Positions 1 through 13,816 are shown, numbered from the stretch's first letter. The stretch: DNA of 64,000 bases from an uncultured Acidobacteriota bacterium (GCA_963700695.1 CAVOYO010000019.1:8238-72237); one strand, 5' to 3'. The notes: a model not told the origin generated them from the sequence alone. Numbers and translations are program-made.

Positions 1-669
1 CGTCATGTACTGCTGTTTGACAAGATATCCCTTGGACACAATGCCAGAACTTTCACCGTATCCCATATAGTCCGGCATGAGTACGACAGTTCCATTGGAG
101 GCTAGGGCGACATTCAAGAGTATATCAAGACCCGAATCGGCTCCATTAAAGAGGGTAGTGGGCACTGTGGACGTGGACGTGCCATGACAATACACGGCTC
201 CCACGTGAGTGCCAGGAAGAATACTGCTGTCATTAGATAATGGTATCAGTGCAAGACCAGAGTGCAACACGTTGGAACCATAGGCTGTGGGACTGCAAAA
301 GTCTTGCTCCTCGAGAGAGGGAAAATCAGTGCACTTGGCACAGAGCTTTCGAATCTGGACACCGTGGGACATGGAGGGAAGTAACGCGAATTTGATTCCA
401 AGGGCGGCTGTGGAGTCTTGTAGGTTGGCATCAATGGCGTCACTCACGTAGGTGGTCACATCCTCCACATCCCATGTGGCCAAGATTTCATCACATGCAG
501 CAGCATCGTCAAGATTGCGGCCAGCACCGTTGTTGTTGTTGTGGAATATTTCACTCATCATTCTCTCCCAACTAAAGACTTGTTGCGATTGAGAAAGTGC
601 TGTATTCGTCAAGAGCAGTGCAAGCAGCCATAGTGACGACGATGACAACATGCGAGTGGTACTCATCAT
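1..669 (-). CDS. Secreted alpha/beta-hydrolase (lipase-like), eukaryotic; 3' end runs off the window
   Basis: Translated by hand (missed by the ORF track because there is no stop in the window): MMSTTRMLSSSSLWLLALLLTNTALS (signal peptide) ...SGLALIP...GAVYCHGT...VALASNGTVVLMPDYMGYGES, matching the HGT and PDYxGxG motifs of secreted lipase-like hydrolases. Confidence 0.7.
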   Translation of the reverse strand, partial: MMSTTRMLSSSSLWLLALLLTNTALSQSQQVFSWERMMSEIFHNNNNGAGRNLDDAAACDEILATWDVEDVTTYVSDAIDANLQDSTAALGIKFALLPSMSHGVQIRKLCAKCTDFPSLEEQDFCSPTAYGSNVLHSGLALIPLSNDSSILPGTHVGAVYCHGTSTSTVPTTLFNGADSGLDILLNVALASNGTVVLMPDYMGYGESSGIVSKGYLVKQQYMT

Positions 670-2318
670 GGTCCAAGAACAAACAACAGCAGCAACAATG
701 CATCTGATGATCACGGGTTTGCACTGTTCTTCGAAATTGTGAGGTGGCAGGCGTTACGAAACAGTTATAATACGTTACGAAGGACACGTTTACTTATAAT
801 TGAAACGTGCTATTCAAAATTACACTTACAATTAGTCGGGAATTACAACTATTGTTAAGTAATTTCACAAGATCGTTAAACAAAAATCAGACGATTGGCC
901 CGGCTCATGTCTGTCCATCTGTGCGCCCCATGCATGTGCATGAGTGACAACACAAGCAAAACACAACAGCATTCCCATGGGACTAATCCGTTGACGACAA
1001 ACCAATGGTGGTTAGCACTGCTGCTGTCATGATGTCTGGTGAATCCAAACCAGGATTACCAGGGAAGATGTAGTAACTAGCTAGTAACTGAAGTAGGACT
1101 ATGAGATAACGGGCATCGGTTGAGATTAATGGACATTGGTACATGATTGGGACTGTTTATCTACATGATCGGGACTCTTGAGAAACATGTTCAGGATTCT
1201 CAGCAGACCCAATTGGGAATCTGGATGAGCAAAGTGGCCAAATGTGGTCACTTTTTTGTCTGAAGCGTCTCTGCAACTACAAGCAAATAAAACTTTTGAC
1301 AGGGTTTTTTTATAAGCTTTAGTTTACTATCACTTCATGATGCCCAAGACAAAAGAGTCAAGGAGTATGTCTCTCTGAGCACTCAGGACACCCGTGGGGA
1401 CTCTCCTCATGGGACGGACGTGGAGGATCTCCTTTAGGTGGAGACAATGGAGGAGGATTCTGATAATGATGTGTCACCTGCGGTGGCTCTACAACAGCCT
1501 ACATGAGCTCAAAAAGGATCCAAAAGATCCTTGACAGGTGGGTGGTTACTACGTAACCCCCAACTTACATATGCATTTTATGAGTATTCAGTTATCAACT
1601 GCGACATCACATTCTCCTGAAGCGACTACCAAAACTGGACGGCAACCTTACATCTTTGTTACATAAATAATGTGGTTGACATCCAAACGGAGGCATGATG
1701 GTGGGCATGGAAGCAACAGACAGGTGTTACGCTGCGTCAACACTTCTTGTTCCTTGGCGGGTGTTACGCCGCGTCAACACATGAAACGGTGTTCGCTGGC
1801 AGTTGAAATTTTAAATCAGACCGTTATTAGAAGCCGTTCACTCTTAGTAGTTTTGTATCATGGTACAAAAAATTAATTCTATGTGTGGCTACAGGGATTT
1901 TGACTCTGGGAGGCCATAGGAAAGGCTCCTTGTGCGTGAAATTTGATTTCCCGCCGAAAAAGATCCGCCGCTCCGTCGAAAAGATTGTCCGTGTTCGCCC
2001 TGTCTCTTTGTCTGTGTCCTTGTCAGTCTCGTATTCTTGTCCGCCTCTTCGACAGGTGTCCACCTGTCGCGAGTCTTCCTCCGTGTGGCAACCACATTAT
2101 TTACATAGCGTGACAAAGATGTACCGTAAGATGCGACATTGAATTGACAAAAACCAATTATTTCCGCTAATGACTATCGTGATATAAATTTGAAAACACA
2201 GAACGACGAATCCAATAACCCCGTGACGGGTTCGTTCTCTTCTCATCCCCCCTCCCCGGAATAATTTGAGGCTCGGTATCTCAAGAATGGTGGAACGAGT
2301 CACCATTATTAGCAACTC

Positions 2319-3506
2319 TTAGCTGCATCCATAAGAAGTACGCAGGATGTGAAAAAAGTGCTCGCCACTTGTGGTATCTTGAACCACGGACACCACGAAC
2401 GGCGACGAAAGATAGGCTTCGACCGTGAGTTGGACAAGTTTCGGGAATCTGTTCTTGTCCAAGAACTTCATGCAATATATGTGGTCATTGCCTGTGACAT
2501 AGAGGGTGGGAATCGTTTTGTATGAATCCAGCACACTCAAAACGTTGCTCGACAAATTGCTGTGTCCGAAAATGACGATTGCACTTGGCGACTTGCCCGA
2601 CAACTGATCGGAAACGAACGCTGCGTTGACTGGATCGTAATAGGTATCCCCTGCAGGCTCGGTGATCCCAAAGAACGCAATGTTCTTCGTATTATAGTAA
2701 AAGAAGAAGTTCTGAGGTTGGTTGACAGGTCGGTAGACGCTCGGGCTGGTAGCACCAGACGGAAGAGGACTGCGATTGAAGCCAGCCAAAGTGCCGGTCG
2801 TAAAGTAGCTTCGCCAGCGCGTCTTGATAACGTCGTTGACAGTCGGATTGGTGTTGTATCCAGTGCATTCGTTCCATTCATTGTCTCCGGGGATAATGAA
2901 AAAGTCAATGAGGTTAGGCGACGATTCCGCGATGCTAAAGAGACTGCTTCGTGAAGAAAAGAGTTGATCCGTGCAATACTGAGAGTATGTGCTACTGCCC
3001 TTTTTGATGTCACCTACGTGCGCCATGAAATCCACCTGGCTCGCTAAATTCAGCTTGACACCAGGTAAAAGTGTTTTCTGAAGACAAGCGTACTCTTGAC
3101 CTTCAAAGTAAGGCGCCGGGGCTTCTTCATCATACGGTGTGTCACCAAAGGCAACAAATTTCATGACGAGATTCAGACCAGCAGGGTTGGGACCATTTAC
3201 ATTGCAGGCTGTGCCAGTATACCCAACAGTAGTGGCTGGCGTTGGTGCTGGCGTTGGTGCTGGCGTTGGTGCTGGCGTTGGTGCTGGCGTTGGTGCTGGC
3301 GTTGGTGCTGGCGCTCGGCAGCTCTTGTTGACGCAGGTCAGGTTGACGCAGCAGTCAGAGTTTCTCCTGCAGGATCGTCCTGAAGCTGCGCAGCGAAGCT
3401 GACGAAGAAATGAGCCCTCAGGAGAAGCACAATGTACGCTCGAGGCGAGTAGCGCTAACAGCATCAACGCCCACAAAAGCAAGAACTTCTTGCCAGACGT
3501 CATCAT
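2319..3506 (-). CDS. Secreted calcineurin-like metallophosphoesterase with N-terminal 6-Cys module and APTP linker (eukaryotic)
   Basis: Signal peptide from ATG 3506; CAASGRSCRRNSDCCVNLTCVNKSC; (APTP)n; motifs FGDTPY, HVGDIK, PGDNEW, FGH, GNDH. Confidence 0.75.
   Translation of the reverse strand: MMTSGKKFLLLWALMLLALLASSVHCASPEGSFLRQLRCAASGRSCRRNSDCCVNLTCVNKSCRAPAPTPAPTPAPTPAPTPAPTPAPTPATTVGYTGTACNVNGPNPAGLNLVMKFVAFGDTPYDEEAPAPYFEGQEYACLQKTLLPGVKLNLASQVDFMAHVGDIKKGSSTYSQYCTDQLFSSRSSLFSIAESSPNLIDFFIIPGDNEWNECTGYNTNPTVNDVIKTRWRSYFTTGTLAGFNRSPLPSGATSPSVYRPVNQPQNFFFYYNTKNIAFFGITEPAGDTYYDPVNAAFVSDQLSGKSPSAIVIFGHSNLSSNVLSVLDSYKTIPTLYVTGNDHIYCMKFLDKNRFPKLVQLTVEAYLSSPFVVSVVQDTTSGEHFFHILRTSYGCS
3234..3312. 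repeat. 12-bp tandem repeat (gctggcgttggt) x ~6.5, encoding the APTP linker
   Basis: Directly visible perfect tandem units. Confidence 0.95.
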
Positions 3507-5201
3507 CTCCGGTACCTTTCTGTCCGACACAAGAAGAAATGAGAGGGTTAATGTACTGTACGGCCAACTGCAAAGAAAGAAGTGGCGAACTCACCTGCTG
3601 TCGAAAGTGATCCAGGGTTGCTTTTTCGTTGGGCGAAACTATGAATGAACGCACGGAACACTCAACACGCTCGTGAAACAATGGACATCTTCAGAGGCAT
3701 TATCCATTGAACTGGCATTGTATTTTCTTAACAACACAGTCTTTTCCAATCGGGTGGGGCTTGACTTGTCAAGCTTGTGAGCTTGTGATGTGAGGGACAG
3801 TCACACGATTCAGTACAGTACATAGCATAGATTCCCTCTAATAATGTCTCATATCTTACGGTATTTATGACCCCCCCCCCTAAGTCCCGTAAAGATTTTT
3901 TGTGTGTTGTCAGTTTTCCAGAGTGTTGAGAGAATTAGCTGCTCCCTAATTGCTTCAGCACTGACCATGACAGACGAAAAAATGAGGCTCCCGTCCGTCC
4001 CTGTGTCCCTGGTACAGATTCTACGTCAGCTCTACGGCGGGGGAGCAGGAAGATTATTGACGCATGTCACACCAAGCGAGAACAAAAAAGTGAGAAGCGG
4101 TGTCAATGACAACACAGCACGTCTATCTCCTTGACTCTTTCACCATCTTAGACCCAGTCTCTTCATCATGATTCCTTTGCAGCAGCATCGCCATTTGCTT
4201 CGCGTGGCCCGCCGGCGAGGAGGACGCACGTTCGCATATACATCGAAACGAAGAAAAGCGTCTTGCCAAGAACCATTTCATGGTCTACGGTTGGGTGTGC
4301 TCTGCGCTGCCGCCATCGCCATTCGAACGACCCCGGCCCCGACCTCCACGGAAGACAAGTCTTTTTTCTCACAAGCGCACGACGCGAACGTGTAGCTGCA
4401 TGCCCGCGTTTTTCATCGTTGTAATTCATTGTTTCATGATGGACGTAGTTGTATTCGGGATCCTCATCACATTCCATTCATCCAGAGAAGAACTCATGCG
4501 ACACAAGTCACTGCCAGTCCTTTCGTTATCTTCAAGTCGCACTATGATACAAGCAATGTCGACGCGGATCAACGAGCGCGTCCAACTGTGTATCGGTACC
4601 CGTGTACATGCTGGAGCTATGACAAGACATTTCAAGGGCATCCTTCGTTTTCGCGTCCTCGCCACAACCATGCGGACAACCCCCCGCCTTCTCGATGCAC
4701 GATGTTGCTTCCAGAAAATAGGCGCTCGTCGTGAGATTAGCGCTCAAATCGGGGCTCACCTTCTCGAGCTGATCAGACGAGCAGTACCTCATTCAGAGCG
4801 GCAAACGGCTTTTGCTCCTCGTTTGGATTGAATCCGTGTTCTTGACATGTCATCCGACGAGCGACACGGGTGCCATTTCTGTCAAGGAGGACACGATATG
4901 AAAGACTTTTGAGTATCAAAGTTTGTGATACCTTCAACTGAGACAACCCGTGGATGGATGGTCGATGGCGGGAAGTTGTTGAAATGTGGCATAGTTGTAA
5001 TGACGGCGGGCCATCTTTCGAACTTTCTCTTTGCAGCAACATGCCTCCTCGCTTTTACACCAGTGTTGTTCTCTCTAGGTCGCTGTGCCGGCGGAAGGAC
5101 TAGCTTCAAAACTAGTTTTTCGTGTTATTTGAAGACAGCCGATATTACTAAGCAAATATTGCACGTTATAAGTTGGATCGTTTTCACGATGCTGCCATCT
5201 A

Positions 5202-6830
5202 CTACAGTACTGCCAATTCATTTGACTCACTTGTGTGCGGAAGTGCCCACACCTTGAGGGTCCTGTCACTGCTTCCACTCAGGGCTCGAGTGTCATTGGC
5301 AAACACTGTGCAGCACTAGACACTATCCCGTGTGCCCTTGGAGCGTGTACAGTTCCTGTCTGTTGGACAAATCCCACACCTTGAGGGTCTTGTCCATGCT
5401 TCCACTCAGGGCTCGAGTGTCATTGGCAAATACTGTGCAGCAAGAGACATAACCCGTGTGCCCTTGGAGTGTGTACAGTTCCCGTCCGTTGGACAAATCC
5501 CACACCTTGAGGGTATTGTCCCAGCTTCCACTCAGGGCTCGAGTGTCATTGGCAAACACTGTGCAGCAATAGACAGTACTCGTGTGCCCTTGGAGCGTGT
5601 ACAGTTCACGTCCATTGGACAAATCCCACACCTTGAGGGTATTGTCATCGCTTCCACTCAGGGCTCGAGTGTCATTGGCAAACACTGTGCAGCACGGACA
5701 TAATTCGTGTGCCCTTGGAGCGTGTACAGTTCCTGTCCGTTGGACAAATCCCACACCTTGAGGGTATTGTCCGCGCTTCCACTCAGGGCTCGAGTGTCAT
5801 TGGCAAACACTGTGCAGCACCAGACACAATTCGTGTGCCCTTGGAGCGTGTACAGTTCCTCGTCCGTTGGACAAATCCCACACCTTGAGGGTCTTGTCGT
5901 CGCTTCCACTCAGGGCTCGAGTGTCATTGGCAAACACTGTGCAGCACTTGACATAATCCGTGTGCCCTTGGAGCGTGTCCAGTTCCTCTCCGTTGGACAA
6001 ATCCCACACCTTGAGGGTCTCGTCAAAGCTTCCACTCAGGGCTCGAGTGTCATTGGCAAACACTGTGCAGCAATCGACACAATCCGTGTGCCCTTGGAGC
6101 GTGAGCACTGGAAGAGGCTTGGCAATGATGCTGGAGAATTTCGGGATGATACTTCTCATCAGAAAGGCTTTCCAGTTCCGGAAGAAAGTGAATGAACAGC
6201 TGCATTTTCCAGTTCGGGAAATCTTGGATGATCTGCGTTGATACTGCTGGGGAAGAAGTCATAGACGGTGCAGCTCAAAGCAACAAAGGACTGCAGTATG
6301 CGCGTCCGCTTTTGCTTGTTTTGAACGACAGGACGTCGGATGAGTTTGAGCTCCTCTTTGGCCGCCTTGTCCAACTCGGGCATCATACGAACATATTGAC
6401 GAAAACGCTTCTGTGCCTCGCCCTTACCCGCTTCCCAATTCGGTGGCGATGAGTTGAGGGCCACAAGGTGATAGTCAGCAAAGATAACGAAAAAAGCCGC
6501 TGTGATCTCTGTCGTTTGGATCCGGCACATTTCTGAAGGCTTTTACGGCACTTTCGCTGGCGTGTCGGAGGTGGTTCTTTTGTGTGTAACTGTCAATGGG
6601 CTCACTCGATGCATGCCAAGCTGACAATTGATCACCGAGCAGTCATCAATTCTGCATAGCGAAGCACCTTGGTGTCTTCTTTGATTCGCTCAAGTTCGCT
6701 AAGGAGCATTTCCTTCACATCCTGCTCGTTGTACTGATCTATTTGTTGAGCTACAATGGCTGCTCTTGTGGTATTTGCTGCCGAATTTCGCGACAGCACT
6801 TGCGGCGGCTGATGCAGCGGCCTCTGCCAT
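5202..6830 (-). pseudogene. Frameshifted WD40-repeat protein: N-terminal helical region plus 7-bladed propeller (eukaryotic); may be an intact gene with consensus errors
   Basis: ORFs 5797-6159, 5658-5909 and 5323-5754 join through single-base indels into 7 WD40 repeats ending ...TLKVWALPHTSESNELAVL-stop at 5202. Upstream fragments run back to a candidate ATG at 6830; the start is uncertain. Confidence 0.7.
5242..6102. repeat. Seven near-identical 126-bp WD40-coding tandem repeats
   Basis: Anchor gtgtgcccttggag at 5330, 5456, 5582, 5707, 5833, 5960, 6086 (spacings 126,126,125,126,127,126). Confidence 0.95.
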
Positions 6831-7064
6831 GGTCAGGAGAAGGCTGGGTTGGGATGAATTCGAGACAGGGTATGTACCGGTAGTATGAAGGCTCGCAGAA
6901 GTGGTGTATCCATCATCTAATCATGAATCAATCATGAAGTACCCGAAAAAAGGTGCATCCACACGTAGAGTCCAGTCGTGGATTGGAATTCGAGTCGTGG
7001 ATTGAAGTAATCACTCCCCAACGTTCGCAGTCACCTCAATTAGGGGCAGTTCTTCTACTGTACA

Positions 7065-7556
7065 TCAATTGGTGATGGACAGAACCAGGTCAAACGTTGA
7101 GGCGCGCTGGACCATGAGACTGGCGCCGGCCTGCCGGTATTGATAGATCGCGTCCTTGTAGCGGTGGGTGCGCTCGTAGATGGAGCCGAGATAGAAGTTG
7201 ATCTTCGGGTTCCCGCGTGTGAGCTCGAGGGCCTTGAGGAAGGCGGACTCGGCGTCCTCGAGTCGGTTCAGCTTGGTGCAGATGAGGCCGAGGTTGTAGT
7301 GGAGTGTATGAGCATCGGGGCTCTCCGTGATCAGCTTCCGGTAGACTTCCTCCGCCTTCTCCAGCTTCTCCTGCCGGAAGTAGATGAGCCCCAGGAGATT
7401 CAGGACACGCACGTCACGGGGCCGCAGGAGATAGGCCTCCTCGAGCTCGCGTTCGGCCTCCTCGAGCTTGCGGGCGTCGAACAGCTCGCGCCCCTTGTTG
7501 AAGTGGGTCAGGAAGAGGCCCTGGTCGAACGGTCCGCGGGGTATGTTCTCGGGCAT
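7065..7556 (-). CDS. TPR-repeat protein, C-terminally truncated at the junction
   Basis: TPR motifs (VLNLLGLIYF, HYNLGLIC, INFYLGSIY); the last ~12 aa come from the low-GC side. Confidence 0.75.
   Translation of the reverse strand: MPENIPRGPFDQGLFLTHFNKGRELFDARKLEEAERELEEAYLLRPRDVRVLNLLGLIYFRQEKLEKAEEVYRKLITESPDAHTLHYNLGLICTKLNRLEDAESAFLKALELTRGNPKINFYLGSIYERTHRYKDAIYQYRQAGASLMVQRASTFDLVLSITN
7095..7106. other. Eukaryote/bacterium junction (probable chimeric join)
   Basis: Abrupt change in GC, codon usage and gene density; the bacterial TPR ORF reads through into low-GC sequence. Confidence 0.85.
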
Positions 7557-7558
7557 GA

Positions 7559-8405
7559 TCAGTCGAGGGCTCGGATCATCGTGTACACCGTGCCCTCCGC
7601 CGGTGGCTCCTCCGCCACGTGGGTCACCCCCCGCTCGTCACGCCAGCGGTAGTAGATTCCGGGGCGGGCGGGCTCGATCCGCTTCGGGGGAGCCGGTTTG
7701 CGGGCGGTCTTGCGAGTCTGCTTGAGCCGGGCCGACGGGACGAAGAATGCGGCGGCGTCCGACGAGGAGGCGGACCGCGCGGGGACGGATCCCATGAAGC
7801 GGTGCACCTTCCGCACGTAGTCTCGCGTCTCGCGGTAGGGAGGGATCCCCCCGTAGCGGCGCACCGCGTTCTCTCCGGCGTTGTAGCCGGCCAGGGCGAG
7901 GGAGACGTCGCCTTGGAACATGTCCAAGAGGATACGGAGGTACTGGGTTCCGGCAAAGATGTTCTGCCGCGCATCGAAGGGGTCGGAGACCCCGAACCGC
8001 CGGGCGGTGGGAGGCCAGAGCTGCATCAGCCCCTGGGCCCCCTTCGAAGAGACCGCCCACCGGTCGAAGTCCGACTCGGCCTTGATCACGGCCTTGACGA
8101 GGTTCGGATTCAGCTGATGCAGGGCGGCCGCGGCCTCGATGTGATGGTCGAACTCGCCGGAGTAGGAGCCCTGAAACCCGCGCGAGTGGATGAGGGTGCC
8201 CTTGCCCGGATAGGTCAGGCGGTAGCCCGGGGAAGAGCTCGGGACATTCGTGGCCTCCACGACGCCATTGGCGTTCTCGCGCGTGTAGATCTGCGCCGGG
8301 GCCGGCGGGGCAGCCAGAAGCGCCAGGGCGACCAGCAGCAGAGGGACACCAGGTCTCGCGCCGGTGCCGCGCGCCAGCGAGACCCCCGAGCAGAGTGACA
8401 CCGCC

Positions 8406-8413
<8 letters not shown>
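7559..8413 (-). CDS. SLT-family lytic transglycosylase
   Basis: Signal peptide; AVIKAES, GAQGLMQL, ALAGYNAG and GGIPPYRET motifs. Confidence 0.9.
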
Positions 8414-11118
<2,705 letters not shown>

Positions 11119-11119
<1 letters not shown>

Positions 11120-11667
11120 CAGTCGAGCCCGTGGCCTTCGTCGTCCAGGGCCTCTGCCGGCTCGATTCCCTCGAGGGCGTCCGACCACCGGGGCCAGAGG
11201 GCGCGCAGACGGCGTCTCACGTGGTCGGCGGCGAATCCACGTCGGAGGAGAAAACCCCAGAGACGGGGCAGCCTTCGCGCAGGCTCCACCCGCGTGTTCT
11301 GCCGCCAGTAGCGCCGGGCCAGCTTGTCGAGCACCTCGTCCTCGGGCACCTCCTGGAGGGCGGCGACGAGGCCGGCCTCCACCTGCTCGCGCCCGAGCCC
11401 CCGCTGCCTCAGACCCTGGCGGATCCGTGCGCGGCCCTGCCCGTGGTGGGCGAGCCGGCTTCGCGCGTAGCGAACCGCGTAGGCGTCGTCGTCCACGTAG
11501 CGCTGGGCGCGGAGCCGGGCGAGGGCCTCGTCGATCTCCTCTCCCGAGTGGCCACGCGCGGCGAGGGCCACGCGCAGCTCGGCCTCGGAGTGGTCGCGCC
11601 GGGCGAGTCGCCGGAGCGCCCGCTGATAGGCGGAGGGGGGAGGCCCCGCCGGAGCGCTCCGGGGCAT
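11119..11667 (-). CDS. recX: Regulatory protein RecX
   Basis: ALRRLARRDHSEAEL...YVDDDAYA...FLLRRGF; immediately upstream of alaS. Confidence 0.85.
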
Positions 11668-11676
11668 GCGGTCCCT

Positions 11677-12810
11677 CTACGACTCCAGGTCGAAGGACTG
11701 CATGGTCTGCTCCATCTCCTCCGCGGCCATGTCCGAGGCGGACTGGATGCCCTGGATCTTGAGCTTGAACTCGTCCGGGTTGCTGGCGCGACGCAGGGCC
11801 TCGTCGTAGGAGATGAGCTCCTTCTTGTAGAGCTGGAAGATCGACTGGTCGAAGGTCTGCATCCCGTACTGGGAGACACCGGCGGCGATGGCCTCGTGGA
11901 TGAGCTTCGTCTTGTCCTTGTTGATGATGCAGTCGCGAATGAACGGCGTCGTGATCATCACCTCCGCGGCCGGCACGCGGCCGTGCCCGTCGGCGCGAGG
12001 GATGAGGCGCATGGAGATGACCGCCTTGAGCACCCCGGACAGCTGAAGGCGGATCTGCTTCTGCTGGTGGGGTGGGAAGACGGAGATGATGCGGTTCACG
12101 GTTTCGGTGGCGTCCAGGGTGTGCAGCGTGGAGAGCACCAGGTGGCCGGTTTCGGCGGCCGTGATGGCGGTCTCGATCGTCTCGTAGTCGCGCATCTCGC
12201 CGACCAGGATGACGTCGGGGTCCTGACGCAGCGCGCTGCGGAGCGCGGCGGCGAAGCTGCGGGTGTCCACCTCGACCTCGCGCTGGTTGACGATGGACTT
12301 CTTGTCGCGGTGGAGGAACTCGATGGGGTCCTCGATCGTGATGATGTGCTCGCAGCGCTGGGAGTTGATGTAGTCGATCATCGCGGCCAGCGTCGTCGAC
12401 TTGCCGGAGCCGGTGGTCCCGGTGCAGAGGATGAGCCCCCTCTGCTCGGCCGCGATTCTCTCGAGGACCGTGGGCAGGCCCAGCTCGCGCACGGTCATGA
12501 TCTTGACCGGGATGACACGGAGGACCAGGCCGACCGTGCCGCGCTGCTGGAAAACGTTGCAGCGGAAGCGGCCGAGGCCGGGCACGGAGTACGCGATGTC
12601 GATCTCGAGGTTCTCCTTGAACTTCTGCTTCTGGCGGTTGCTCATGATGGAGAACGCCATCGCGATGGTGTCCTCCTGCATGAGCCGCTTGGTCTCCACC
12701 AGCGGGATCAACTCCCCGTTGATGCGCAGCACGGGGTGCGAGCCCACCTTCAGGTGGAGGTCGGAAGCCTTTCGCTCCGACGCCATCTTCAACAGGTCGT
12801 TGATGTGCAT
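11677..12810 (-). CDS. pilT: Type IV pilus retraction ATPase PilT/PilU
   Basis: ASDLHL, GTTGSGKSTT, TIEDPIE, LRQDPDVILVGEMRD, AAETGHLVLSTLHT, GMQTFDQ; start reset to ATG 12810. Confidence 0.92.
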   Translation of the reverse strand: MHINDLLKMASERKASDLHLKVGSHPVLRINGELIPLVETKRLMQEDTIAMAFSIMSNRQKQKFKENLEIDIAYSVPGLGRFRCNVFQQRGTVGLVLRVIPVKIMTVRELGLPTVLERIAAEQRGLILCTGTTGSGKSTTLAAMIDYINSQRCEHIITIEDPIEFLHRDKKSIVNQREVEVDTRSFAAALRSALRQDPDVILVGEMRDYETIETAITAAETGHLVLSTLHTLDATETVNRIISVFPPHQQKQIRLQLSGVLKAVISMRLIPRADGHGRVPAAEVMITTPFIRDCIINKDKTKLIHEAIAAGVSQYGMQTFDQSIFQLYKKELISYDEALRRASNPDEFKLKIQGIQSASDMAAEEMEQTMQSFDLES

Positions 12811-12848
12811 GCCGCTCTCTCCGCCCGGGGGCTTCCTGGGCTCCCGGC

Positions 12849-13808
12849 CTAGACTGCGCCCGATCCCTCCGCCACCGCAGAGGGGCTGGGCACGGGCGTC
12901 AGCCACCCGTGCTCGTCCCCGCTCCGGCCCTCGATGACGTCGAAGAACGCCTTTTGCAGGGACTGCGTGATCGGCCCCCGCTTCCCGGGGCCGATCGGCC
13001 TTCGGTCGACCGAGCGAATCGGCGTGACCTCGGCCGCGGTGCCGGTGAAGAAGAGCTCGTCCGCGAGGTAGAGCATCTCCCGGGGAATCGCCTTCTCGTC
13101 GACGGGGATGTCGAGACGCGCGGCCAGGGAGATGACGGTGTCCCGCGTGATGCCCGGCAGGATCGACGAGACGAGCGGAGGCGTGATCAGGCGTCCCTTC
13201 GAAACCACGAACAGGTTCTCGCCGCTCCCCTCCGACACGAATCCCTGAGAGTCGAGAGCGATCCCTTCGACGAAGCCGCCCTTGATCGCGTCGACCTTGA
13301 TGAGCTGCGAGTTCATGTAGTTCGCAGCACTCTTGGCCATCGCCGGCAGCGTATTGGGGGCGAGGCGATTCCAGGAGCTGACGCAGACGTCGACGCCCTG
13401 CTCGAGGGCCTCCGCCCCGAGGTACTTGCCCCACTCCCACACGAGGATGGCGACCTCGACCGGACAGTCGAGCGGATTGACCCCCAGCTGGCCGAAGCCT
13501 CGATAGACGACCGGGCGGATGTAGCAGGACTGCAGGCGGTTGACCTGGATGGTCTCGAGGATGGCCTCGTTGAGCTGGTCGAGGGACCAGGGTATGTCCA
13601 TCCAGTAGATCTTGGCGGAGTTGAACAGCCGCTCCATGTGGGCGTGGAGGCGGAACACCGCCGGACCCTCGTGGGTGGTGTAGCAGCGGATCCCCTCGAA
13701 GACGGCGGAGCCGTAGTGGACGACGTGGGCGCCGACGTGGATCCGGGCCTCGTCCCACGGCACGAGCGTGCCGTTCATCCAGATGACATCCGAACGCGGA
13801 GAAGGCAT
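12849..13808 (-). CDS. ilvE: Branched-chain amino acid aminotransferase
   Basis: HYGSAVFEGIRCY, AKSAANY, EGSGENLF, ILPGITR, FFTGTAAEVTP. Confidence 0.93.
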   Translation of the reverse strand: MPSPRSDVIWMNGTLVPWDEARIHVGAHVVHYGSAVFEGIRCYTTHEGPAVFRLHAHMERLFNSAKIYWMDIPWSLDQLNEAILETIQVNRLQSCYIRPVVYRGFGQLGVNPLDCPVEVAILVWEWGKYLGAEALEQGVDVCVSSWNRLAPNTLPAMAKSAANYMNSQLIKVDAIKGGFVEGIALDSQGFVSEGSGENLFVVSKGRLITPPLVSSILPGITRDTVISLAARLDIPVDEKAIPREMLYLADELFFTGTAAEVTPIRSVDRRPIGPGKRGPITQSLQKAFFDVIEGRSGDEHGWLTPVPSPSAVAEGSGAV

Positions 13809-13816
13809 GACACCGC

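Noticed and set aside
3900-5200. Overlapping short ORFs in the eukaryotic segment
   Set aside because: No recognisable motif or consistent frame; could be a degraded or spliced gene, but I cannot support a call
5242-6102. Possible CRISPR array or diversity-generating retroelement
   Set aside because: Units are 126-bp protein-coding repeats with no unique spacers; no cas or reverse transcriptase gene, and the variation is not an adenine-specific template/variable pair
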